The notes under the pieces are model-generated. The model searched no databases. It was not told where the DNA came from and saw nothing but the letters and a program-made list of their open reading frames with translations. A program made the position numbers and the translations under genes. 64,000 nt of DNA from Eledone cirrhosa. Lineage: Eukaryota. Below, in pieces: positions 45,301-59,200 of the stretch. The stretch's first letter is position 1; each line of letters begins with the position of its first letter. The stretch spans positions 103,230,001 to 103,294,000 of the forward strand of contig OZ024744.1 of NCBI GenBank assembly GCA_964016885.1, written 5' to 3'.

Positions 45301-48300
45301 GTATATCACCAACACTAGGTAGGTTATCATGTTTATGACATAGAAGAATGTAGTAGGTGTGTATATCACCAACACTAGGTAGGTTATCATGTTTATGACA
45401 TAGAAGAATGTAGTAGATGTGTATATCACCAACACTAGGTAGGTTATCATGTTTATGACATAGAAGAATGTAGTAGGTGTGTATATCATCAACACAAGGT
45501 AGGTTATCATGTTCATGACATAGAAGAATGTAGTAGGTGTGTATATCACCAACACTAGGTAGGTTATCATGTTTATGACACAGAAGAATGTAGTAGGTGT
45601 GTAAATCACCAACACTAGGTAGGTTATCATGTTTATGACATAGAAGAATGTAGTAGGTGTGTATATCACCAACACTAGGTAGATTATCATGTTTATGACA
45701 TAGAAGAATGTAGTAGGTGTGTATATCACCAACACTAGGTAGGTTATCATGTTTATGACATAGAAGAATGTAGTAGGTGTGTATATCACCAACACTAGGT
45801 AGGTTATCATGTTTATGACATAGAAGAATGTAGTAGGTGTGTATATCACCAACACTAGGTAGGTTATCATGTTTATGACACAGAAGAATATAGTAGGTGT
45901 GTATATCACTAACACTAGGTAGGGTATCATGTTTATGACACAGAAGAATGTAGTAGGTGTGTATATCACCAACACTAGGTAGGTTATCATGTTTATGACA
46001 TAGAAGAATGTAGTAGGTGTGTATATCACCAACACTAGGTAGGTTATCATGTTTATGACATAGAAGAATGTAGTAGGTGTGTATATCACCAACACTAGGT
46101 AGGTTAACATGTTTATGACATAGAAGAATGTAGTAGGTGTGTATATCACCAACACTAGGTAGGTTATCATGTTTATGACATAGAAGAATGTAGTAGGTGT
46201 GTATATATCCAACACTAGGTAGGTTAACATGTTTATGACATAGAAGAATGTAGTAGGTGTGTAAATCACCAACACTAGGTAGGTTATCATGTTTAAGACA
46301 TAGAAGAATGTAGTAGGTGTGTATATCACCAACACTAGGTAGGTTATCATGTTTATGACATAGAAGAATGTAGTAGGTGTGTATACCACCAACACTAGGT
46401 AGGTTATCATGTTTATGACACAGAAGAATGTAGTAGGTGTGTATATCACCAACACTAGGTAGGTTATCATGTTTATGACATAGAAGAATGTAGTAGGTGT
46501 GTAAATCACTAACACTAGGTAGGTTATCATGTTTATGACACAGAAGAATATAGTAGGTGTGTATATCACCAACACTAGGCAGGTTATCATGTTTATGACA
46601 TAGAAGAATGTAGTAGGTGTGTATATCACCAACACTAGGTAGGTTATCATGTTTATGACACAGAGGAACATAGTAGGTGTGTATATCACCAACACTAGGT
46701 AGGTTATCATGTTTATGACACAGAAGAATGTAGTAGTTGTGTATATCACCAACACTAGGTAGGTTATCATGTTTATGACACAGAAGATTGTAGTAGGTGT
46801 GTATATCACCAACACTAGGTAGGTTATCATGTTTATGACACAGAAGAATGTAGTAGGTGTGTATATCACCAACACTAGGTAGGTTATCATGTTTATGACA
46901 TAGAAGAATGTAGTTGGTGTGTATATCACCAACACTAGGTAGGTTATCATGTTTATGACATAGAAGAATGTAGTAGTTGTGTATATCACCAACACTAGGT
47001 AGGTTATCATGTTTATGACACAGAAGATTGTAGTAGGTGTGTATATCACCAACACTAGGTAGGTTATCATGTTTATGACACAGAAGAATGTAGTAGGTGT
47101 GTATATCACCAACACTAGGTAGGTTATCATGTTTATGACATAGAAGAATGTAGTAGGTGTGTATATCACCAACACTAGGTAGGTTATCATGTTTATGACA
47201 TAGAAGAATGTAGTAGGTGTGTATATCACCAACACTAGGTAGGTTATCATGTTTATGACATAGAAGAATGTAGTAGATGTGTATATCACCAACACTAGGT
47301 AGGTTATCATGTTTATGACATAGAAGAATGTAGTAGGTGTGTATATCACCAACACAAGGTAGGTTATCATGTTTATGACACAGAAGAATGTAGTAGGTGT
47401 GTATATCACCAACACTAGGTAGGTTATCATGTTTATGACATAGAAGAATGTAGTAGGTGTGTATATCACCAACACTAGGTAGGTTATCATGTTTATGACA
47501 TAGAAGAATGTAGTAGGTGTGTATATCACCAACACTAGGTAGGTTATCATGTTTATGACATAGAAGAATGTAGTAGGTGTGTATATCACCAACACTTGGT
47601 AGGTTATCATGTTTATGACATAGAAGAATGTAGTAGATGTGTATATCACCAACACTAGGTAGGTTATCATGTTTATGACATAGAAGAATGGAGTAGGTGT
47701 GTATATCAACAACACAAGGTAGGTTATCATGTTTATGACACAGAAGAATGTAGTAGGTGTGTATATCACCAACACTAGGTAGGTTATCATGTTTATGATA
47801 TAGAAGAATGTAGTAGGTGTGTATATCACCAACACTAGGTAGGTTATCATGTTCATGACATAGAAGAATGTAGTAGGTGTGTATATCACCAACACTAGGT
47901 AGGTTATCATGTTTATGACACAGAAGAATGTAGTAGGTGTGTAAATCACCAACACTAGGTAGGTTATCATGTTTATGACATAGAAGAATGTAGTAGGTGT
48001 GTATATCACCAACACTAGGTAGATTATCATGTTTATGACATAGAAGAATGTAGTAGGTGTGTATATCACCAACACTAGGTAGGTTATCATGTTTATGACA
48101 TAGAAGAATGTAGTAGGTGTGTATATCACCAACACTAGGTAGGTTATCATGTTTATGACATAGAAGAATGTAGTAGATGTGTATATCACCAACACTAGGT
48201 AGGTTATCATGTTTATGACATAGAAGAATGTAGTAGGTGTGTATATCATCAACACAAGGTAGGTTATCATGTTCATGACATAGAAGAATGTAGTAGGTGT

Positions 48301-50820
48301 GTATATCACCAACACTAGGTAGGTTATCATGTTTATGACACAGAAGAATGTAGTAGGTGTGTAAATCACCAACACTAGGTAGGTTATCATGTTTATGACA
48401 TAGAAGAATGTAGTAGGTGTGTATATCACCAACACTAGGTAGATTATCATGTTTATGACATAGAAGAATGTAGTAGGTGTGTATATCACCAACACTAGGT
48501 AGGTTATCATGTTTATGACATAGAAGAATGTAGTAGGTGTGTATATCACCAACACTAGGTAGGTTATCATGTTTATGACATAGAAGAATGTAGTAGGTGT
48601 GTATATCACCAACACTAGGTAGGTTATCATGTTTATGACACAGAAGAATATAGTAGGTGTGTATATCACTAACACTAGGTAGGGTATCATGTTTATGACA
48701 CAGAAGAATGTAGTAGGTGTGTATATCACCAACACTAGGTAGGTTATCATGTTTATGACATAGAAGAATGTAGTAGGTGTGTATATCACCAACACTAGGT
48801 AGGTTATCATGTTTATGACATAGAAGAATGTAGTAGGTGTGTATATCACCAACACTAGGTAGGTTAACATGTTTATGACATAGAAGAATGTAGTAGGTGT
48901 GTATATCACCAACACTAGGTAGGTTATCATGTTTATGACATAGAAGAATGTAGTAGGTGTGTATATATCCAACACTAGGTAGGTTAACATGTTTATGACA
49001 TAGAAGAATGTAGTAGGTGTGTAAATCACCAACACTAGGTAGGTTATCATGTTTAAGACATAGAAGAATGTAGTAGGTGTGTATATCACCAACACTAGGT
49101 AGGTTATCATGTTTATGACATAGAAGAATGTAGTAGGTGTGTATACCACCAACACTAGGTAGGTTATCATGTTTATGACACAGAAGAATGTAGTAGGTGT
49201 GTATATCACCAACACTAGGTAGGTTATCATGTTTATGACATAGAAGAATGTAGTAGGTGTGTAAATCACTAACACTAGGTAGGTTATCATGTTTATGACA
49301 CAGAAGAATATAGTAGGTGTGTATATCACCAACACTAGGCAGGTTATCATGTTTATGACATAGAAGAATGTAGTAGGTGTGTATATCACCAACACTAGGT
49401 AGGTTATCATGTTTATGACACAGAGGAACATAGTAGGTGTGTATATCACCAACACTAGGTAGGTTATCATGTTTATGACACTGAAGAATGTAGTAGTTGT
49501 GTATATCACCAACACTAGGTAGGTTATCATGTTTATGACACAGAAGATTGTAGTAGGTGTGTATATCACCAACACTAGGTAGGTTATCATGTTTATGACA
49601 CAGAAGAATGTAGTAGGTGTGTATATCACCAACACTAGGTAGGTTATCATGTTTATGACATAGAAGAATGTAGTTGGTGTGTATATCACCAACACTAGGT
49701 AGGTTATCATGTTTATGACATAGAAGAATGTAGTAGTTGTGTATATCACCAACACTAGGTAGGTTATCATGTTTATGACACAGAAGATTGTAGTAGGTGT
49801 GTATATCACCAACACTAGGTAGGTTATCATGTTTATGACACAGAAGAATGTAGTAGGTGTGTATATCACCAACACTAGGTAGGTTATCATGTTTATGACA
49901 TAGAAGAATGTAGTAGGTGTGTATATCACCAACACTAGGTAGGTTATCATGTTTATGACATAGAAGAATGTAGTAGGTGTGTATATCACCAACACTAGGT
50001 AGGTTATCATGTTTATGACATAGAAGAATGTAGTAGATGTGTATATCACCAACACTAGGTAGGTTATCATGTTTATGACATAGAAGAATGTAGTAGGTGT
50101 GTATATCACCAACACAAGGTAGGTTATCATGTTTATGACACAGAAGAATGTAGTAGGTGTGTATATCACCAACACTAGGTAGGTTAACATGTTTATGACA
50201 TAGAAGAATGTAGTAGGTGTGTATATCACCAACACTAGGTTGGTTATCATGTTTATGACATAGAAGAATGTAGTAGGTGTGTATATCACCAACACTAGGT
50301 AGGTTATCATGTTTATGACATAGAAGAATGTAGTAGGTGTGTATATCACCAACACTTGGTAGGTTATCATGTTTATGACATAGAAGAATGTAGTAGATGT
50401 GTATATCACCAACACTAGGTAGGTTATCATGTTTATGACATAGAAGAATGGAGTAGGTGTGTATATCAACAACACAAGGTAGGTTATCATGTTTATGACA
50501 CAGAAGAATGTAGTAGGTGTGTATATCACCAACACTAGGTAGGTTATCATGTTTATGATATAGAAGAATGTAGTAGGTGTGTATATCACCAACACTAGGT
50601 AGGTTATCATGTTCATGACATAGAAGAATGTAGTAGGTGTGTATATCACCAACACTAGGTAGGTTATCATGTTTATGACACAGAAGAATGTAGTAGGTGT
50701 GTAAATCACCAACACTAGGTAGGTTATCATGTTTATGACATAGAAGAATGTAGTAGGTGTGTATATCACCAACACTAGGTAGATTATCATGTTTATGACA
50801 TAGAAGAATGTAGTAGGTGT
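45301..50820. repeat. Higher-order tandem duplication, 46 monomers (2,760 bp) x2
   Basis: Variants recur at +2,760 in lines 45481/48241 (atcatc+ttcatg), 46201/48961 (atatcc), 46621/49381 (gaggaaca), 46861/49621 (tagttgg) and 47641/50401 (gagtagg). There are a few private differences (lines 49441, 50161, 50221). Confidence 0.85.
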
Positions 50821-53800
50821 GTATATCACCAACACTAGGTAGGTTATCATGTTTATGACATAGAAGAATGTAGTAGGTGTGTATATCACCAACACTAGGT
50901 AGGTTATCATGTTTATGACATAGAAGAATGTAGTAGGTGTGTATATCACCAACACTAGGTAGGTTATCATGTTTATGACACAGAAGAATATAGTAGGTGT
51001 GTATATCACTAACACTAGGTAGGGTATCATGTTTATGACACAGAAGAATGTAGTAGGTGTGTATATCACCAACACTAGGTAGGTTATCATGTTTATGACA
51101 CAGAAGAATGTAGTAGGTGTGTATATCACCAACACTAGGTATGTTATCATGTTTATGACATAGAAGAATGTAGTAGGTGTGTAAATCACCAACACTAGGT
51201 AGGTTATCATGTTTATGACACAGAAGAATGTAGTAGGTGTGTATATCACCAACACTAGGTAGGTTATCATGTTTATGACATAGAAGAATGTAGTAGGTGT
51301 GTATATCACCAACACTAGGTAGGTTATCATGTTTATAACATAGAAGAATGTAGTAGGTGTGTATATCACCAACACTAGGTAGGTTATCATGTTTATGACA
51401 CAGAAGAATGTAGTAGGTGTGTATATCACCAACACTAGGTAGGTTATCATGTTTATGACACAGAAGAATGTAGTAGGTGTGTATATCACCAACACTAGGT
51501 AGGTTATCATGTTTATGACATAGAAGAATGTAGTAGGTGTGTATACCACCAACACTAGGTAGGTTATCATGTTTATGACATAGAAGAATGTAGTAGGTGT
51601 GTATATCACCAACACTAGGTAGGTTATCATGTTAATGACACAGAGGAACGTAGTAGGTGTGTATATCACCAACACTAGGTAGGTTATCATGTTTATGACA
51701 CAGAAGAATGTAGTAGGTGTGTATATCACCAACACTAGGTAGGTTATCATGTTTATGACATAGAAGAATGTAGTAGGTGTGTATATCACCAACACTAGGT
51801 AGGTTAACATGTTTATGACATAGAAGAATGTAGTAGGTGTGTATATCACCAACACTAGGTAGGTTATCATGTTTATAACACAGAAGAATGTAGTAGGTGT
51901 GTATATCACCAACACTAGGTAGGTTATCATGTTTATGACATAGAAGAATGTAGTAGGTGTGTATATCACCAACACTAGGTAGGTTATCATGTTTATGACA
52001 TAGAAGAATGTAGTTGGTGTGTATATCACCAACACTAGGTAGGTTATCATGTTTATGACATAGAAGAATGTAGTAGTTGTGTATATCACCAACACTAGGT
52101 AGGTTATCATGTTTATGACACAGAAGATTGTAGTAGGTGTGTATATCACCAACACTAGGTAGGTTATCATGTTTATGACACAGAAGAATGTAGTAGGTGT
52201 GTATATCACCAACACTAGGTAGGTTATCATGTTTATGACATAGAAGAATGTAGTAGGTGTGTATATCACCAACACAAGGTAGGTTATCATGTTTATGACA
52301 CAGAAGAATGTAGTAGGTGTGTATATCACCAACACTAGGTAGGTTATCATGTTTATGACATAGAAGAATGTAGTAGGTGTGTATATCACCAACACTAGGT
52401 AGGTTATCATGTTTATGACATAGAAGAATGTAGTAGGTGTGTATATCACCAACACTAGGTAGGTTATCATGTTTATGACATAGAAGAATGTAGTAGGTGT
52501 GTATATCACCAACACTTGGTAGGTTATCATGTTTATGACATAGTAGAATGTAGTAGATGTGTATATCACCAACACTAGGTAGGTTATCATGTTTATGACA
52601 TAGAAGAATGGAGTAGGTGTGTATATCACCAACACTAGGTAGGTTATCATGTTTATGACACAGAAGAATGTAGTAGGTGTGTAAATCACCAACACTAGGT
52701 AGGTTATCATGTTTATGACATAGAAGAATGTAGTAGGTGTGTATATCACCAACACTAGGTAGATTATCATGTTTATGACATAGAAGAATGTAGTAGGTGT
52801 GTATATCACCAACACTAGGTAGGTTATCATGTTTATGACATAGAAGAATGTAGTAGGTGTGTATATCACCAACACTAGGTAGGTTATCATGTTTATGACA
52901 TAGAAGAATGTAGTAGATGTGTATATCACCAACACTAGGTAGGTTATCATGTTTATGACATAGAAGAATGTAGTAGGTGTGTATATCATCAACACAAGGT
53001 AGGTTATCATGTTCATGACATAGAAGAATGTAGTAGGTGTGTATATCACCAACACTAGGTAGGTTATCATGTTTATGACACAGAAGAATGTAGTAGGTGT
53101 GTAAATCACCAACACTAGGTAGGTTATCATGTTTATGACATAGAAGAATGTAGTAGGTGTGTATATCACCAACACTAGGTAGATTATCATGTTTATGACA
53201 TAGAAGAATGTAGTAGGTGTGTATATCACCAACACTAGGTAGGTTAACATGTTTATGACATAGAAGAATGTAGTAGGTGTGTATATCACCAACACTAGGT
53301 AGGTTATCATGTTTATGACATAGAAGAATGTAGTAGGTGTGTATATATCCAACACTAGGTAGGTTAACATGTTTATGACATAGAAGAATGTAGTAGGTGT
53401 GTAAATCACCAACACTAGGTAGGTTATCATGTTTAAGACATAGAAGAATGTAGTAGGTGTGTATATCACCATCACTAGGTAGGTTATCATGCTTATGACA
53501 TAGAAGAATGTAGTAGGTGTGTATACCACCAACACTAGGTAGGTTATCATGTTTATGACACAGAAGAATGTAGTAGGTGTGTATATCACCAACACTAGGT
53601 AGGTTATCATGTTTATGACATAGAAGAATGTAGTAGGTGTGTAAATCACTAACACTAGGTAGGTTATCATGTTTATGACACAGAAGAATATAGTAGGTGT
53701 GTATATCACCAACACTAGGCAGGTTATCATGTTTATGACATAGAAGAATGTAGTAGGTGTGTATATCACCAACACTAGGTAGGTTATCATGTTTATGACA

Positions 53801-56280
53801 CAGAGGAACATAGTAGGTGTGTATATCACCAACACTAGGTAGGTTATCATGTTTATGACACAGAAGAATGTAGTAGTTGTGTATATCACCAACACTAGGT
53901 AGGTTATCATGTTTATGACACAGAAGATTGTAGTAGGTGTGTATATCACCAACACTAGGTAGGTTATCATGTTTATGACACAGAAGAATGTAGTAGGTGT
54001 GTATATCACCAACACTAGGTAGGTTATCATGTTTATGACATAGAAGAATGTAGTTGGTGTGTATATCACCAACACTAGGTAGGTTATCATGTTTATGACA
54101 TAGAAGAATGTAGTAGTTGTGTATATCACCAACACTAGGTAGGTTATCATGTTTATGACACAGAAGATTGTAGTAGGTGTGTATATCACCAACACTAGGT
54201 AGGTTATCATGTTTATGACACAGAAGAATGTAGTAGGTGTGTATATCACCAACACTAGGTAGGTTATCATGTTTATGACATAGAAGAATGTAGTAGGTGT
54301 GTATATCACCAACACTAGGTAGGTTATCATGTTTATGACATAGAAGAATGTAGTAGGTGTGTATATCACCAACACTAGGTAGGTTATCATGTTTATGACA
54401 TAGAAGAATGTAGTAGATGTGTATATCACCAACACTAGGTAGGTTATCATGTTTATGACATAGAAGAATGTAGTAGGTGTGTATATCACCAACACAAGGT
54501 AGGTTATCATGTTTATGACACAGAAGAATGTAGTAGGTGTGTATATCACCAACACTAGGTAGGTTATCATGTTTATGACATAGAAGAATGTAGTAGGTGT
54601 GTATATCACCAACACTAGGTAGGTTATCATGTTTATGACATAGAAGAATGTAGTAGGTGTGTATATCACCAACACTAGGTAGGTTATCATGTTTATGACA
54701 TAGAAGAATGTAGTAGGTGTGTATATCACCAACACTTGGTAGGTTATCATGTTTATGACATAGAAGAATGTAGTAGATGTGTATATCACCAACACTAGGT
54801 AGGTTATCATGTTTATGACATAGAAGAATGGAGTAGGTGTGTATATCAACAACACAAGGTAGGTTATCATGTTTATGACACAGAAGAATGTAGTAGGTGT
54901 GTATATCACCAACACTAGGTAGGTTATCATGTTTATGATATAGAAGAATGTAGTAGGTGTGTATATCACCAACACTAGGTAGATTATCATGTTTATGACA
55001 TAGAAGAATGTAGTAGGTGTGTATATCACCAACACTAGGTAGGTTATCATGTTTATGACATAGAAGAATGTAGTAGGTGTGTATATCACCAACACTAGGT
55101 AGGTTATCATGTTTATGACATAGAAGAATGTAGTAGGTGTGTATATCACCAACACTAGGTAGGTTATCATGTTTATGACACAGAAGAATATAGTAGGTGT
55201 GTATATCACTAACACTAGGTAGGGTATCATGTTTATGACACAGAAGAATGTAGTAGGTGTGTATATCACCAACACTAGGTAGGTTATCATGTTTATGACA
55301 CAGAAGAATGTAGTAGGTGTGTATATCACCAACACTAGGTATGTTATCATGTTTATGACATAGAAGAATGTAGTAGGTGTGTAAATCACCAACACTAGGT
55401 AGGTTATCATGTTTATGACACAGAAGAATGTAGTAGGTGTGTATATCACCAACACTAGGTAGGTTATCATGTTTATGACATAGAAGAATGTAGTAGGTGT
55501 GTATATCACCAACACTAGGTAGGTTATCATGTTTATGACACAGAAGAATGTAGTAGGTGTGTATATCACCAACACTAGGTAGGTTATCATGTTTATAACA
55601 TAGAAGAATGTAGTAGGTGTGTATATCACCAACACTAGGTAGGTTATCATGTTTATGACACAGAAGAATGTAGTAGGTGTGTATATCACCAACACTAGGT
55701 AGGTTATCATGTTTATGACACAGAAGAATGTAGTAGGTGTGTATATCACCAACACTAGGTAGGTTATCATGTTTATGACATAGAAGAATGTAGTAGGTGT
55801 GTATACCACCAACACTAGGTAGGTTATCATGTTTATGACATAGAAGAATGTAGTAGGTGTGTATATCACCAACACTAGGTAGGTTATCATGTTAATGACA
55901 CAGAGGAACGTAGTAGGTGTGTATATCACCAACACTAGGTAGGTTATCATGTTTATGACACAGAAGAATGTAGTAGGTGTGTATATCACCAACACTAGGT
56001 AGGTTATCATGTTTATGACATAGAAGAATGTAGTAGGTGTGTATATCACCAACACTAGGTAGGTTAACATGTTTATGACATAGAAGAATGTAGTAGGTGT
56101 GTATATCACCAACACTAGGTAGGTTATCATGTTTATAACACAGAAGAATGTAGTAGGTGTGTATATCACCAACACTAGGTAGGTTATCATGTTTATGACA
56201 TGGAAGAATGTAGTAGGTGTGTATATCACCAACACTAGGTAGGTTATCATGTTTATGACACAGACGAATGTAGTAGGTGT

Positions 56281-59200
56281 GTATATCACCAACACTAGGT
56301 AGGTTATCATGTTTATGACATAGAAGAATGTAGTAGTTGTGTATATCACCAACACTAGGTAGGTTATCATGTTTATGACATAGAAGAATGTAGTAGGTGT
56401 GTATATCACCAACACTAGGTAGGTTATCATGTTTATGACATAGAAGAATGTAGTAGATGTGTATATCACCAACACTAGGTAGGTTATCATGTTTATGACA
56501 TAGAAGAATGTAGTAGGTGTGTATATCATCAACACAAGGTAGGTTATCATGTTCATGACATAGAAGAATGTAGTAGGTGTGTATATCACCAACACTAGGT
56601 AGGTTATCATGTTTATGACACAGAAGAATGTAGTAGGTGTGTAAATCACCAACACTAGGTAGGTTATCATGTTTATGACATAGAAGAATGTAGTAGGTGT
56701 GTATATCACCAACACTAGGTAGATTATCATGTTTATGACATAGAAGAATGTAGTAGGTGTGTATATCACCAACACTAGGTAGGTTATCATGTTTATGACA
56801 TAGAAGAATGTAGTAGGTGTGTATATCACCAACACTAGGTAGGTTATCATGTTTATGACACAGAAGAATATAGTAGGTGTGTATATCACTAACACTAGGT
56901 AGGGTATCATGTTTATGACACAGAAGAATGTAGTAGGTGTGTATATCACCAACACTAGGTAGGTTATCATGTTTATGACACAGAAGAATGTAGTAGGTGT
57001 CTATGTCACCAACACTAGGTAGGTTATCATGTTTATGACATAGAAGAATGTAGTAGGTGTGTATATCACCAACACTAGGTAGGTTATCATGTTTATGACA
57101 TAGAAGAATGTAGTAGGTGTGTATATCACCAACACTAGGTAGATTATCATGTTTATGACATAGAAGAATGTAGTAGGTGTGTATATCACCAACACTAGGT
57201 AGGTTATCATGTTTATTATACGGAAGAATGTAGTAGGTGTGTATATCACCAACACTAGGTAGGTTATCATGTTTATGACATAGAAGAATGTAGTAGGTGT
57301 GTATATCACCAACACTAGGTAGGTTATCATGTTTATGACATAGAAGAATGTAGTAGGTGTGTATATCACCAACACTAGGTAGGTTATCATGTTTATGACA
57401 CAGAAGAATATAGTAGGTGTGTATATCACTAACACTAGGTAGGGTATCATGTTTATGACACAGAAGAATGTAGTAGGTGTGTATATCACCAACACTAGGT
57501 ATGTTATCATGTTTATGACATAGAAGAATGTAGTAGGTGTGTAAATCACCAACACTAGGTAGGTTATCATGTTTATGACACAGAAGAATGTAGTAGGTGT
57601 GTATATCACCAACACTAGGTAGGTTATCATGTTTATGACATAGAAGAATGTAGTAGGTGTGTATATCACCAACACTAGGTAGGTTATCATGTTTATGACA
57701 CAGAAGAATGTAGTAGGTGTGTATATCACCAACACTAGGTAGGTTATCATGTTTATAACATAGAAGAATGTAGTAGGTGTGTATATCACCAACACTAGGT
57801 AGGTTATCATGTTTATGACACAGAAGAATGTAGTAGGTGTGTATATCACCAACACTAGGTAGGTTATCATGTTTATGACACAGAAGAATGTAGTAGGTGT
57901 GTATATCACCAACACTAGGTAGGTTATCATGTTTATGACATAGAAGAATGTAGTAGGTGTGTATACCACCAACACTAGGTAGGTTATCATGTTTATGACA
58001 TAGAAGAATGTAGTAGGTGTGTATATCACCAACACTAGGTAGGTTATCATGTTTATGACACAGAAGAATGTAGTAGGTGTGTATATCACCAACACTAGGT
58101 AGGTTATCATGTTTATGACATAGAAGAATGTAGTAGGTGTGTATATCACCAACACTAGGTAGGTTATCATGTTTATGACACAGAAGAATATAGTAGGTGT
58201 GTATATCACTAACACTAGGTAGGGTATCATGTTTATGACACAGAAGAATGTAGTAGGTGTGTATATCACCAACACTAGGTAGGTTATCATGTTTATGACA
58301 CAGAAGAATGTAGTAGGTGTGTATATCACCAACACTAGGTAGGTTATCATGTTTATGACATAGAAGAATGTAGTAGGTGTGTATATCACCAACACTAGGT
58401 AGGTTATCATGTTTATGACATAGAAGAATGTAGTAGGTGTGTATATCACCAACACTAGGTAGGTTATCATGTTTATGACATAGAAGAATGTAGTAGGTGT
58501 GTATATCACCAACACTAGGTAGGTTATCATGTTTATGACACAGAAGAATGTAGTAGGTGTGTATATCACCAACACTAGGTAGGTTATCATGTTTATAACA
58601 TAGAAGAATGTAGTAGGTGTGTATATCACCAACACTAGGTAGGTTATCATGTTTATGACACAGAAGAATGTAGTAGGTGTGTATATCACCAACACTAGGT
58701 AGGTTATCATGTTTATGACATAGAAGAATGTAGTAGTTGTGTATATCACCAACACTAGGTAGGTTATCATGTTTATGACATAGAAGAATGTAGTAGGTGT
58801 GTATATCACCAACACTAGGTAGGTTATCATGTTTATGACATAGAAGAATGTAGTAGATGTGTATATCACCAACACTAGGTAGGTTATCATGTTTATGACA
58901 TAGAAGAATGTAGTAGGTGTGTATATCATCAACACAAGGTAGGTTATCATGTTCATGACATAGAAGAATGTAGTAGGTGTGTATATCACCAACACTAGGT
59001 AGGTTATCATGTTTATGACACAGAAGAATGTAGTAGGTGTGTAAATCACCAACACTAGGTAGGTTATCATGTTTATGACATAGAAGAATGTAGTAGGTGT
59101 GTATATCACCAACACTAGGTAGATTATCATGTTTATGACATAGAAGAATGTAGTAGGTGTGTATATCACCAACACTAGGTAGGTTATCATGTTTATGACA

